A DNA stretch of 64,000 bases from Vicinamibacteria bacterium (lineage in GTDB: Bacteria; Acidobacteriota; Vicinamibacteria; Marinacidobacterales; Marinacidobacteraceae), in assembly GCA_963422395.1 (NCBI GenBank), contig OY729431.1, forward strand, positions 864,001-928,000. Reading direction: 5' to 3'. This document shows, piece after piece, positions 49,581 through 59,323 of this stretch (its first letter is position 1; every line of letters begins with the position of its first letter). A program made the position numbers and the translations under genes. The notes under the pieces are model-generated. The model did not search any database and was not told the origin of the DNA. It saw nothing but the letters and a program-made list of their open reading frames with translations.

Positions 49581-51467
49581 TCAGAGCACGCCGTGCAACG
49601 GCCCGCCTGGCGCGGCGAGCGCATCTACCCGGCGGCTGACCGCGGGATCCTCGACAAGCGGCGGAGCGTGGTGGGGTTTTCGACGGGCATCGAGGACGAT
49701 GGGTTCGACGCAGCTCCAGTGCTTGTGCACGGTGGCCGCGCGGCGGCCGTGGACATCGTGGGACGGGTTGGACCTGGTGAAAGCCACCCAGAGCAGATTC
49801 CGCAGGCTCTCGGCGGCGAAGCGTGGATCGTCGCAGAGGACGACCAGCGGGACCCCGCGGAGGTCGGCACCGTTCCTTTCCACCGCGTCGAGAGCGCCGA
49901 AGAGCGGAACGAGTTCTCCCGCTACCGCTTCGTAGGAGGAAAAGGCCGGCCCCCCCAGGACGAACAATCCCGGCAGCACCGCCTGCATTCCCGAGAAGCC
50001 GGGAGGCAGAACCGGGCCGACTTCCTCCGGTAGCGAGGCGGCGAGGGTCCGCCGCGCCGGCCCCGCTCCGGCGATCACCAGCTTCGAGCCGGAGTTCAGA
50101 CCAGTCCCGGAGTAGTCGAGGGTGTCCATCGTGGTGCGGGTCTGGAAGTGGAGGTCGGTCGAGAGGTCCACCCGGCGGAGCACATGACCGAACATCCCGG
50201 GGATGTCGTGGGCGGCGAGGTCGGGGTCGTCTTCGCGTGCGGCGAGAAAGAGGTACTTGGCCAGCGAGCACTGCCCGAACCCCAGGATCGCGTTGGCGAT
50301 GGTCCAGAGTTCCTGCGGGCGGCGCTCGAGGAACGGCGCGTACCGTTCGCTGCCGACCGCGAGCAGCAGTGGATGGACTCCGGCGGCATCCACTGCGTGG
50401 ACCGAATGAACCCCGGGCAGCGTGGTCGGAACCATCGGCTCGGTGATCTCGTGGATCAGCTGCCCGAAAGTGGTGTCCTCCTGCGGTGGTCGGCCGACGA
50501 CAGTGAGCGGCCAGACGGCGCCGGGCCGGTGGTGGACCGCGCTCACCCGGAGCACTGGGAACGGATGAGTGAGGCTGTAGTACCCCAGGTGGTCGCCGAA
50601 CGGTCCTTCGGGGAGGGTGCGCGCCGGATCCACCCAGCCGGTGATCGTGAAATCGCTGTCCGCCGAAACCACGAAGCCGTCCGCCCGCCGCTGCCAGCCG
50701 AAACGCCGCCCAGCGAGCATCCCGGCGAAGAGCAGCTCGCTCAGACCCTCGGGGAGCGGCATCACCGCGGCCAGGGTGTGTGCCGGCGGTCCCCCGACGA
50801 AGACGCTCACCCGAAGCGGCTCGCCCCGGCGCTCCGCCGCGGTGTGGTGCACGCCGATCCCGCGGTGGATCTGATAGTGCATCCCCGCTTCTTCCGGGCC
50901 GTACTCGCCGCCCCCGAGCTGGATGCGGTACATCCCGAGGTTCGACGCGAGCGGAGCGCCGAAAGGTCCTCCGCCGATCGCGGCGTCCGGATCTTCGGTG
51001 AAGACCTGCGGCAGGGTGATGAACGGCCCGCCGTCGTCCGGCCAGGAGGTGATGCGCGGAAGGCCGGCGAGCGCGATCCGGTGCGTCTGGCTCGAAGCGG
51101 AGCGCCGCACCCGGCGGGGGAGGGAATGCACTGCGGCTTCCGCAGCGTGGAGCAGGGAGCCGGGCCGGCGGCGCAGATCGGCGAACACCCGACCGGGTTC
51201 CGCCCGGTAGCGCACCGCCGCCTTCGCCCGGTCGAGCCCGTGCCGCAGCAGGAAGCGGGCGCGCTCCATCGTCCCGAAGAGGTTCGCAACGCAGGGGAAG
51301 ACAGACCCTCGAACCCGCTCGAAGAGAATCGCCGGCGCCCTTGCGGCATAGGCTCGCCGCTGGATTTCGGCGACTTCGAGATGCCCGTCCACCTCGTCGG
51401 GAACCCGAACGAGCATCCGGTTCCGTTCGAGATCACGGATCGCATCGGCGAGCGAGCGGTAGGCCAT
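49581..51467 (-). CDS. UbiD-family (prFMN) decarboxylase
   Basis: ANLFGT, WPDDGGPFITLP, NLGMYR, EGPFGDHLGYYS, VGRPPQED, DTLDYSG. Confidence 0.92.
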   Translation of the reverse strand: MAYRSLADAIRDLERNRMLVRVPDEVDGHLEVAEIQRRAYAARAPAILFERVRGSVFPCVANLFGTMERARFLLRHGLDRAKAAVRYRAEPGRVFADLRRRPGSLLHAAEAAVHSLPRRVRRSASSQTHRIALAGLPRITSWPDDGGPFITLPQVFTEDPDAAIGGGPFGAPLASNLGMYRIQLGGGEYGPEEAGMHYQIHRGIGVHHTAAERRGEPLRVSVFVGGPPAHTLAAVMPLPEGLSELLFAGMLAGRRFGWQRRADGFVVSADSDFTITGWVDPARTLPEGPFGDHLGYYSLTHPFPVLRVSAVHHRPGAVWPLTVVGRPPQEDTTFGQLIHEITEPMVPTTLPGVHSVHAVDAAGVHPLLLAVGSERYAPFLERRPQELWTIANAILGFGQCSLAKYLFLAAREDDPDLAAHDIPGMFGHVLRRVDLSTDLHFQTRTTMDTLDYSGTGLNSGSKLVIAGAGPARRTLAASLPEEVGPVLPPGFSGMQAVLPGLFVLGGPAFSSYEAVAGELVPLFGALDAVERNGADLRGVPLVVLCDDPRFAAESLRNLLWVAFTRSNPSHDVHGRRAATVHKHWSCVEPIVLDARRKPHHAPPLVEDPAVSRRVDALAAPGGPLHGVL

Positions 51468-51586
51468 CTTCCAGAGGGGGAGAGAGTAGTCCCGCCGCCC
51501 GCAGAACCGTGGTCCGATTCGGGCCGGCGGGGGCCGGAACGACGAGAATGGCTCGAGGCTGCCGGCTCGGAAGTAGGATCGCTCGG

Positions 51587-52510
51587 GTGAGCGAGAAAGC
51601 CGTCTGCCTGCTCGGGGTTCCGTTGGACCTGGGTGCCGGGCGTCGCGGAGTGGACATGGGGCCGTCGGCGATGCGGCGGGCGGGAATCGCGGGGAGGCTT
51701 CGGCGGCTCGGCTTTTCGGTAGCGGATGGCGGCAACCTCGAGGCGCCGGTCGCGGAGGCGCTCGACGGCCCCGGCGGGGGGAACGCGCACTATCTCGGCG
51801 AGGTGGTGCAGGTGCTCGAGGCCCTCGCGCTCCGGGTGCGGCGGGAGCGGGAACGGGGCTTTCTCCCCGTGGTGCTCGGCGGCGATCACTCGATCGCGCT
51901 CGGAACCGTCTCCGGGATGACCGGCGGGGGCGCCGGGCGGCTCGGTCTCTTGTGGGTGGATGCCCACGCCGATGCGAACACTCCGGAAACCTCTCCGAGC
52001 GGCAACCTCCACGGGATGCCGGTGGCGGCGCTCTTCGGCCGGGGCCCCGAGGCGCTGACTCGGGTCGGCGGTTTCGCCCCCGGATCGACGCGCCTCGATC
52101 CGGCGAACACCGCGCTGATCGGCGTGCGGAGCGTGGACGAGCCCGAGGCGGAGGTGGTCGCCGGGCTCGGAGTGCGGGTGTACACGATGGAAGAGGTGGA
52201 CCGGCGCGGCATCGGCCCGGTGGCGGACGAGGCGGTGGCCCGGGCACTCGACGGAACTCTCGGATTCCACCTGAGCCTCGATGTGGACGCCCTCGATCCG
52301 AGCGTCGCCCCCGGCGTCGGGACCCCCGAACCGGGCGGACTCACCTACCGAGAAGCCCACACGCTCATGGAAGCGGCGGCGGCGAGCGGCGGACTCCGCT
52401 CCCTCGAAGTGGCCGAGGTGAATCCCATCCTCGACATCCGCAACCAGACTGCCGAGGTCGCGGTGGAACTCGTGGCCTCCGCGCTCGGCAAGCGGATTCT
52501 GCGCGGGTGA
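51587..52510 (+). CDS. rocF: Arginase
   Basis: GAGRRGVDMGP, LGGDHS, DAHAD.NT..TSPSGNLHGMP, SLDVD.LDP..APGVGTP, EVNP. Confidence 0.93.
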   Translation: MSEKAVCLLGVPLDLGAGRRGVDMGPSAMRRAGIAGRLRRLGFSVADGGNLEAPVAEALDGPGGGNAHYLGEVVQVLEALALRVRRERERGFLPVVLGGDHSIALGTVSGMTGGGAGRLGLLWVDAHADANTPETSPSGNLHGMPVAALFGRGPEALTRVGGFAPGSTRLDPANTALIGVRSVDEPEAEVVAGLGVRVYTMEEVDRRGIGPVADEAVARALDGTLGFHLSLDVDALDPSVAPGVGTPEPGGLTYREAHTLMEAAAASGGLRSLEVAEVNPILDIRNQTAEVAVELVASALGKRILRG

Positions 52511-52530
52511 ATCCTGTCCGAGCCTGCCCG

Positions 52531-53253
52531 ATGACCGCCGTCGTTCGAGAGGTCCGGCTTTCCGACGGGGCCGGGGGGTCGGTGAGCGGCCGGATCCACG
52601 AAGCGGCGCCAGGAGCCGGGAAGCGTCCGGAGCCCACTCTGGCGCTGACCCACGGGGCCGGGGGTGATCTGGAGACGCCCGGCCTCGTTGCTCTCGGTGC
52701 CCAGCTGGCCTCCCGGGGGATTCGAGTGCTGCGCTTCAACCTGCCTGCCGCCGAAGCCGGCAGAAGGCGTCCCGACCGACCTGCCGCCGCCCTCCGGACG
52801 ATCACCGCCGCTGCGGGCTGGGCGCGGGAGGCCTTCGACGGACCGCTCTTTCTGGGCGGACGTTCCTTCGGGGGGCGGATGGCGTCCCTGCTGCTCGCCG
52901 ACCCGGCGGCCCCGATTTGCCGGCAGGTGGCGGGGGCGGTGTTTCTCGCCTATCCGCTGAAGCCGCCGGGAAAGCCCGAAATTCCGGCCCAGCGCGTGGC
53001 GCACCTGAGCCGCATCGGGCTGCCGATGCTCTTCGTGAGCGGCGACCGGGATCCCTTCGCACCGCCGCTCCTCCTCGAACGGGCGGCGGTTGAAGCGGGC
53101 GCCGAGGCCGAGGTCTGCCGGATCGCGGGAGGCGACCACGGATTCCGAGTGGCGAAGCCGCTGCTCGCGGCTTCGGGACGCTCCCCGGAGGAGGTCGAGG
53201 GGGAGATCGCCGGGGCAGTCCTCAGCTTCGTCACCCGCACGACCGAGGCCTGA
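52531..53253 (+). CDS. Alpha/beta hydrolase (KANSL3/Abhydrolase_11-like)
   Basis: THGAGG, GGRSFGGRMAS nucleophile elbow, G.RDPF, GGDH. Confidence 0.85.
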   Translation: MTAVVREVRLSDGAGGSVSGRIHEAAPGAGKRPEPTLALTHGAGGDLETPGLVALGAQLASRGIRVLRFNLPAAEAGRRRPDRPAAALRTITAAAGWAREAFDGPLFLGGRSFGGRMASLLLADPAAPICRQVAGAVFLAYPLKPPGKPEIPAQRVAHLSRIGLPMLFVSGDRDPFAPPLLLERAAVEAGAEAEVCRIAGGDHGFRVAKPLLAASGRSPEEVEGEIAGAVLSFVTRTTEA

Positions 53254-53382
53254 GAACGCCACCGATCCTGCCCGCGCGCCAAAGTCGGGAGCCCTCGCAG
53301 GAGTCCGCCGACTCCACGACCCCATCCTCCGAAGAGCCGGACCGGCGAACCGCCGGGGCCGCGGCGATGCGCTCGGGAGCTT

Positions 53383-54378
53383 CTACTGCCCGGCTTCGGC
53401 GTTTTGGAGTGCGTAGCGGGCGACTTCTTCATGGGTGGCGTACCAGACGCCGCCCACTGCGTTCATGTGTTCGATCAGCCGGTCGAGCATCGCTATCCGC
53501 GAGCGGTGTCCGATGACATGGGGGTGCATGGTCAACAGGAACAGGCCCCCCTCGGCGTGTGCCATGTCGAACTCCGCCCGCCAGATGGAAAGCACATCGT
53601 CCGGAGTGGAATGGGGGCGGATCGCCGAGTAGCGGCTGAATCCGAAATAGGGCGCGTCGTCGAGGATCCACTCCACCGGCAGCTCGACGAGTCCGGTAGC
53701 CTCGCCGTTCGCGACCACTTCGTAGGGCCAGTCATCGGCCATCAGGCTGGAGTCGTAGAGGAACCCGAGGTCCCGAACGATCTGGAGCGTATTCGGGCTG
53801 TAGTCCCACGACGGAGTGCGAAGTCCCACCGGGCGCCTGCCGGTGAGCTCGGTGAGGGTGTCCACCGCCTGCTGGATCAGCCGGCGTTCCTCGTCTCCGG
53901 GGAGAAGGGAGTTGCGCTCGTGGATCCAGCCGTGGACGCCGATCTCGTGCCCGCCGGCGACGATCCGCGACACATCCTCCCGGTAGAGCAGCGCGCTGAC
54001 CGCGGGAATGAAGAAGGACGCGCGGATTCCGCGGCGTTCGAGCAAGTCGAGCACCCGGGGGAGTCCGGCCCGCGACCCGTACTGCCCGCGCGAGAGGTTG
54101 GAGGCGGTCGTGTTGCCGTCCCGCAGAGACACCGTTTCGTTGTCGAAATCGAAGGAGAGCGCGACGGCCACCCGCGCGCCCCCGGGCCACGACGAGGGAG
54201 CGAGCCGCCGGCCGGCGCGCACTGCCTCGATGGGTGCCCGCCACTCGGCCTCGGTCCATTGCCAAGGCGGCCGTTCGGCCTCCTCTCCGGGTCCCGAGCG
54301 TTCGCCGGAGGCACAGGCGGCGAACCCCGAACCGAGAACGAGCCCCGAACCGAGAACGAGATTCGCTACGCCGCGCAT
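53383..54378 (-). CDS. Polysaccharide deacetylase (PuuE/PgdA-like CE4), probable lipoprotein
   Basis: SFDFD, FFIP, HEIGVHGWIH, RTPSW, YDSS, TMHP..IG; signal ending FAAC. Confidence 0.88.
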   Translation of the reverse strand: MRGVANLVLGSGLVLGSGFAACASGERSGPGEEAERPPWQWTEAEWRAPIEAVRAGRRLAPSSWPGGARVAVALSFDFDNETVSLRDGNTTASNLSRGQYGSRAGLPRVLDLLERRGIRASFFIPAVSALLYREDVSRIVAGGHEIGVHGWIHERNSLLPGDEERRLIQQAVDTLTELTGRRPVGLRTPSWDYSPNTLQIVRDLGFLYDSSLMADDWPYEVVANGEATGLVELPVEWILDDAPYFGFSRYSAIRPHSTPDDVLSIWRAEFDMAHAEGGLFLLTMHPHVIGHRSRIAMLDRLIEHMNAVGGVWYATHEEVARYALQNAEAGQ

Positions 54379-54390
54379 GAGGACGGATTC

Positions 54391-54584
54391 TAGTAGTCCG
54401 TGGATTAAGTGGCGCGAGCACCGAGACCGGGGAGACGCCTGGCGGACAAGGCGCGAATCGGGAGGCATACCGGGTGTATTCCGACGGATTCGCAACGAAG
54501 AGCGAAGCGGTTCAGCCAGGGCCCCCACCGGGAGAACTGGGCATCTCCGGTCGAATGCCGTGTGACTTTGTCCACGGGCTGCTA
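54391..54584 (-). mobile_element. MITE family 1, copy 3
   Basis: TAGTAGTCCGTGGA...TCCACGGGCTGCTA, 194 bp, 12 bp upstream of the deacetylase ATG. Confidence 0.85.
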
Positions 54585-54641
54585 TGCCCGACGCGGTCAT
54601 CGCCGGCCTCGCCTTCCCCGGGGGATACTCGGTATTGCCGG

Positions 54642-55922
54642 TCAGCGCGGTCCGAAGATCCAGGACATTCCGATCGTGAAGGTATCTTGGCTCTTCGAAA
54701 GGCCCTCGGAGCAGCCGGAGCAGCTGAAGAAGTCGGCGTCGGACCAGTCACGCCGATACTCGAAGCGGGTGAGGAAGCGCGGGTCGCTGGCGACCGGCTG
54801 GAACTCGAGAGTCAGAGTGTTCTCCATGAGCATCTGTTCGATTCCGGTAGAGCGCGCCTCCCGGTCGTTCATGAACTCGTAGCGCTCTGCGATGCGCACC
54901 CGATCGTTCAGGTGGTAGCGGAGGTACCCGCCGAGCCCCCAGGAGGCGGCAGCAGTCCCGGTCTCGTCGGTCGCGGAGATGTAGTCCATGTTCACCATGG
55001 CCTCGAACCGCTCGCTCGCCCCGAACCAGGCGTTCCAGCTCAGATCCCGAAGCCAGCCGTCGTTGGTCCCGGCGTTTTCGGGGCCGTTGATCCAGGTCAT
55101 GGTGGTGTTGAATCGGTCGTTCGGCGCGAGGGAGCCTTGGAGGCCGTAGGATTTGCCGCTGTTCTGGTCCCAGGCGTTGTCGAAGCCGTTGACCAGCAGC
55201 AGGGTTCCGCTGAAGGTTTCGGTCAGCGGCACTCCCAGCCGCGCTCCGAGGTGGGAGAACGGCTCGTTCCAGGCCCAGAGGATGCCCCGGGTGTAGTTCC
55301 AGTTGAGGTGTGACTCGGCGACCTCCAGCCCGGCGATCGTCCCGAACAGCCCCACATCGAGCTGTGCGCCGCCGCTGAATCGGTAGTAGCCGTATGCCTG
55401 CTGCAGGTAGAGCACATCGGCGAGCGGCCCCGGCTCGAGGCCGTCCCGGAACAGGCGGGCTCCCGAGCCGAACCAGATGTCCGAGCGAAAACCGAAGGGG
55501 CCGTCACCGACGGTCTCGATCTCGAGTTTGACCTGGTTGAGCCCGAATCCGCGAGCGTTGGGGTTCGTGTAGTAGAGAGTGTTCGTCCCGTCCTCGGGGG
55601 CCCCCGCGTTGTGGGTGTAATAGGTGTCCACGAGGCCGGTGATGGACAGCGGTTGTCCACCGGTGCTGGCGAGCCCTTCGGGTAGGGGCGCGGGGGCCTC
55701 CTGCGCCGGGGCTGCCGCCTCCGCCCTGCGGGCGGCCGCGAGCGTCCCGAGCATCGCCTCGAGATCCTCGATGCGCTCCCTGAGCGACGCGAGTTCGGCG
55801 CGGATCTCGGCCTCGATGGTCGTGGCGGAAGCGGCTGCCCGCACCTCTTCGGCGGCAGCCGATGCGGCGGCGAGCGCACCCCCGGTGAGGATGACGAGAG
55901 TGCGGGGAAAGCTGCTGTTCAT
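54642..55922 (-). CDS. Outer-membrane beta-barrel porin (DUF1597/BBP2-like)
   Basis: Signal peptide, coiled coil, G.VDTYY..N, LQQAY, G.F.T..G.EV.ES..NWNYTR, aromatic C-terminus. Confidence 0.75.
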   Translation of the reverse strand: MNSSFPRTLVILTGGALAAASAAAEEVRAAASATTIEAEIRAELASLRERIEDLEAMLGTLAAARRAEAAAPAQEAPAPLPEGLASTGGQPLSITGLVDTYYTHNAGAPEDGTNTLYYTNPNARGFGLNQVKLEIETVGDGPFGFRSDIWFGSGARLFRDGLEPGPLADVLYLQQAYGYYRFSGGAQLDVGLFGTIAGLEVAESHLNWNYTRGILWAWNEPFSHLGARLGVPLTETFSGTLLLVNGFDNAWDQNSGKSYGLQGSLAPNDRFNTTMTWINGPENAGTNDGWLRDLSWNAWFGASERFEAMVNMDYISATDETGTAAASWGLGGYLRYHLNDRVRIAERYEFMNDREARSTGIEQMLMENTLTLEFQPVASDPRFLTRFEYRRDWSDADFFSCSGCSEGLSKSQDTFTIGMSWIFGPR

Positions 55923-56008
55923 GATCCTCCTACCTCTACCCGGAGATACGGCCGGCTGTGGGCCGGACGAGAGGCGAGAACGGTAAACTGTATCGTCTCC
56001 GCTGCGCC

Positions 56009-56587
56009 GTGCACGACCCTTCCGCCCTTGCCGTGAACCTGCCGGCAGTGTCCCCGGGGGGAGAGCGAATCGCCGTTGCGGCCGACGGGGATGCACTCGA
56101 ATTTTCGAAAGCGGACTTCGCTGTCGAAGGCTCTCTCCGTCTCGACGGACGGATCGAGCGGCTGGATCGCGACGGTTTCCGGCTTCGGGCGCGCCTCGGC
56201 GGCATCCTGCAACTGGAGTGCGGGCGCTGTCTCGGCCCGGTCGAGCGACCTCTCGACGAGGCCCTCGACCTCGTGTATCTGCCCCAGTGTCCGGTGCCGG
56301 CCGCGAGCGGGTCCCGGCCCCGGGAGAACGGCAGCGAGCGACCGCTCGAAGCTTCCGACATGAATGTGTCGTTCTACGAGGGCGACTCGCTCGATCTCCG
56401 CGCGACTTTTCGGGAGCAGGTCCATCTCGCAGTGCCGGTGAAACCGCTCTGCTCCGAAGACTGTCTCGGCCTTTGCCCATCGTGCGGCGCCGACCAGAAC
56501 CGCGGCCCCGGTTGCCGCTGCGGCGATCTGGCCACGCGCCCGACAGGCGGACTCGCCGGGCTGCGAAACCTGCTGGCGCCGCGGTAG
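56009..56587 (+). CDS. DUF177 / YceD family protein (start uncertain)
   Basis: CGRCL and PVKPLCSEDCLGLCPSCG; lies upstream of rpmF. Confidence 0.88.
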   Translation: MHDPSALAVNLPAVSPGGERIAVAADGDALEFSKADFAVEGSLRLDGRIERLDRDGFRLRARLGGILQLECGRCLGPVERPLDEALDLVYLPQCPVPAASGSRPRENGSERPLEASDMNVSFYEGDSLDLRATFREQVHLAVPVKPLCSEDCLGLCPSCGADQNRGPGCRCGDLATRPTGGLAGLRNLLAPR

Positions 56588-56615
56588 AGACGCCGGCCCG
56601 CCCCGATCTACCCGC

Positions 56616-56714
56616 TGCGATTCCGTCACTCCCGGTATGCCTCCCGAATCGCGCCTCGTCAGCCGGGCGCCTCCCCGACCTTGGGGCTCGCGCCACTTCA
56701 TCCACAGGCTGCTA
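56616..56714 (+). mobile_element. MITE family 1, copy 4 (right half only)
   Basis: cccggtatgcctcccgaatcgcgcctcgtcagccgggcgcctccccga...TCCACAGGCTGCTA is nearly identical to copy 1. Confidence 0.8.
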
Positions 56715-56744
56715 ACCGCTCATCCGTTCAGAGGAGTTTCTGCA

Positions 56745-56927
56745 ATGCCCCAACCCAAAAGGCGCCACTCCCCGGGCCGCCGGAATCGCCGCCGGGCGCA
56801 TGACGGATTGTCCCCTCCCGGCTTTTCGATCTGCACCGAGTGCCAACGCCGGATCCGCCCCCATGTGGTCTGCCCGCACTGCGGCCACTACAAGGGCAAG
56901 AAGGTCGTTGAAGTCGACGCTTCGTAG
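56745..56927 (+). CDS. rpmF: 50S ribosomal protein L32
   Basis: MPQPKRRHS..RR..RRAH, CTEC, PHVVCPHCGHYKG. Confidence 0.95.
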   Translation: MPQPKRRHSPGRRNRRRAHDGLSPPGFSICTECQRRIRPHVVCPHCGHYKGKKVVEVDAS

Positions 56928-57014
56928 CGGGACCGGCGCGGCTTCGCCGAAAATTGTTTTTCGAACGGTTTGGGTGCTCCCCCGGTTTCCGGTGCGGGCG
57001 GTGAGGAGCCTTTC

Positions 57015-57953
57015 GTGAGCAGCACCGCCTTCCTCTTCCCCGGGCAGGGCTCCCAGCGCCCGGGAATGGGCCGTGCGCTCGCGGAGGCGTTCCCCGAGTC
57101 GCGGGCGGTCTTCGAGGAAGCCGACGATGTTCTGGGTGAGCGATTGTCCACCCTCTGTTTCGAGGGGCCCGCCGAGGATCTTTGCCGGACCCGAAACACC
57201 CAGCCCGCGCTGCTCGCGGTGAGCGTGGCGGCGTTTCGGGCGGTGGCCGCCCGCGGCGCCCTCTGCGAGATGGCGGCGGGGCACAGCCTCGGGGAGTATT
57301 CGGCGCTCGTCGCCCTCGGTGGTCTCGATTTCGCCGACGCGCTGCGGCTCACTCGCCGCCGGGGGGAATTCATGCAGGCGGCAGTCCCCGAAGGCGAGGG
57401 AGCGATGGCCGCGGTTCTCGGCCTGCCCGCCGCTATCGTGGTCCGGATCACGGAAGAGCGAAGCCGGCGCGGCCCGGGAGTCGTCGAGATCGCGAACCGG
57501 AACGGCGGCGGCCAGACGGTGATCGGCGGCCACGCCGCAGCGGTCGCCGATGCCGGCGAGGCGCTGAAGGCGGCCGGCGCTCGGCGGGTGGTTCCGCTTC
57601 CGGTCAGCGCGCCCTTCCACACCAGCCTGATGGCTCCGGCCGCCGCTGCCATCTCCCCCGAACTCGACGCCGTTTCCTTCGGCGATCTCTCGGCGCCGCT
57701 CTGGACCAATGTGGAGGCCGCGCCCATCCGCGCCGGCGTCGAAGCCCGAGAAGCCCTCCGCCGTCAGGTAGTTTCCCCGGTTCGTTGGGAAGACACTCTC
57801 CTCGGCATGGAGGCGGCCGGCGCTCTGCGCTTCGTCGAGATCGGCGAGGGCCGGGTGCTCACCGGGCTCGTCCGCAAGGTGGTGCGCGGGGCGGAGACGC
57901 TCTCCGTTTCGGATCCTACGGGGGTCGAAACTCTGTGCGGAGCCCCGGCGTGA
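57015..57953 (+). CDS. fabD: Malonyl-CoA:ACP transacylase
   Basis: FPGQGSQ, TQPALL, GHSLGEY, LPVSAPFH, PVRW. Confidence 0.95.
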   Translation: MSSTAFLFPGQGSQRPGMGRALAEAFPESRAVFEEADDVLGERLSTLCFEGPAEDLCRTRNTQPALLAVSVAAFRAVAARGALCEMAAGHSLGEYSALVALGGLDFADALRLTRRRGEFMQAAVPEGEGAMAAVLGLPAAIVVRITEERSRRGPGVVEIANRNGGGQTVIGGHAAAVADAGEALKAAGARRVVPLPVSAPFHTSLMAPAAAAISPELDAVSFGDLSAPLWTNVEAAPIRAGVEAREALRRQVVSPVRWEDTLLGMEAAGALRFVEIGEGRVLTGLVRKVVRGAETLSVSDPTGVETLCGAPA

Positions 57954-58702
57954 GCCGCTTCGAAGGCCAGACGGCGTTGGTCACCGGAGGCACCCGGGGG
58001 ATCGGCCGCGCGATCGCGGCGCGGATCGCCGCCGAGGGCGCCCGAGTGTGGTTGACCGGCACCGATGCGGCCCGCGCCGAAGCCGTCGCCATCGAAATCG
58101 CCGCCGAACTCGACGACGACCGCAGCCGGGTGCGGGGGCTCCGCCTCGACTTCGCCGATCCCGAATCGGTGAAGCGATGTTTCGGCGAAGCGGGCGCGGA
58201 CGGCGGGCTGCAGGTGCTGGTCAACAACGCCGGCATCGCTCGCGACGGCCTGCTCGTGCGCCAGTCGGCCGCTGCATGGCGCGAGGTGCTCGGCACGAAC
58301 CTGGACAGCCTCCACACTTGCTGCCAGGAGGCGGTCCGGCCTATGATCCGCGCTCGTTACGGCCGGATCGTCAACCTGAGTTCCATCGTGGGACTTCGCG
58401 GTGGGGCTGGTCAGACCGCCTACGCGGCCTCGAAAGCCGGGATCGTCGGGTTCACCAAGGCGCTCGCCAAGGAACTGGCGCGGCGGAACATCACCGTGAA
58501 CGCGGTCGCGCCGGGTCTGGTCGCGACCGACATGACGAAGTCCCTGTTGGAGTCGGGCCGCGATTCGTTCTCGAGTTCGATCGCGATGGCGCGCCCCGGA
58601 ACCCCGGAGGAGGTCGCTGCCGCGGTCGCATTCCTCGCTTCCCCGGAGGCGAGTTACATCACCGGCGCGGTGCTCGAAGTCACCGGAGGGCTCGCGCTCT
58701 AG
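57950..58702 (+). CDS. fabG: 3-oxoacyl-ACP reductase
   Basis: TGGTRGIG, NNAGI.RD, YAASKAG, VNAVAPG. Confidence 0.92.
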   Translation: MSRFEGQTALVTGGTRGIGRAIAARIAAEGARVWLTGTDAARAEAVAIEIAAELDDDRSRVRGLRLDFADPESVKRCFGEAGADGGLQVLVNNAGIARDGLLVRQSAAAWREVLGTNLDSLHTCCQEAVRPMIRARYGRIVNLSSIVGLRGGAGQTAYAASKAGIVGFTKALAKELARRNITVNAVAPGLVATDMTKSLLESGRDSFSSSIAMARPGTPEEVAAAVAFLASPEASYITGAVLEVTGGLAL

Positions 58703-58756
58703 CCTTACCCGACGGGGCCACGGGCCCCGAAAAGTACGATTCAGGAGAAATCCGCC

Positions 58757-59041
58757 ATGACGGACCAGTCGAAGGAAAAAGACGGCGCCCCGGAAGTCGA
58801 GGAGTTGCCGGTGGACGAGCGCGTCCGCGAGCTGATCTGCGATCAGCTCTCGACGGCGCCCGACGAGGTGATTCCCGAAGCGAGCTTCGTGAACGATCTG
58901 AACGCGGACTCGCTGGACATGGTCGAGCTGCTGATGGCGCTCGAAGAGAATTTCGGCATCGACATCTCGGAACACGAGGCCGAGCGGATCCAGACCGTGG
59001 GCGATGCGGTGGCTTTCATCGAGCAGCGGCTCAAGGCCTAG
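58757..59041 (+). CDS. acpP: Acyl carrier protein
   Basis: DL.ADSLD.VEL.MALEE.F...I; the TAG stop coincides with the MITE terminus. Confidence 0.95.
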   Translation: MTDQSKEKDGAPEVEELPVDERVRELICDQLSTAPDEVIPEASFVNDLNADSLDMVELLMALEENFGIDISEHEAERIQTVGDAVAFIEQRLKA

Positions 59042-59232
59042 CCGCCCGTGGCCAAAGTCACACGGCAGTCGACCGGCGATGCCCAGTCCTCCCGGTGGGG
59101 GCCCTGGCTGAACCGCTTCGCTCTTCGTTGCGAATCCGTCGGAATACGCCCGGTATGCCTCCCGATTCGCGCCTTGTCAGCCAGGAGCCTCCCCGGTCTC
59201 GGTGCTCGCGCCACTTCATCCACGGACTGCTA
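59039..59232 (+). mobile_element. MITE family 1, copy 5
   Basis: TAGCCGCCCGTGGC...TCCACGGACTGCTA, 194 bp, between acpP and fabF. Confidence 0.85.
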
Positions 59233-59323
59233 AGCGTCCGGCGCTGGGCACCCACGATCGGAGCCAGCCGGGAGAGTCCCGGCGAGCCGGAGATTTCGAA
59301 GCCCGCCCGAGACCGGAGGTGAG

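Noticed and set aside
54325-54360. 18-bp tandem duplication (LVLGSG x2) in the deacetylase signal peptide
   Set aside because: Only two units, in frame; a minor slippage event.
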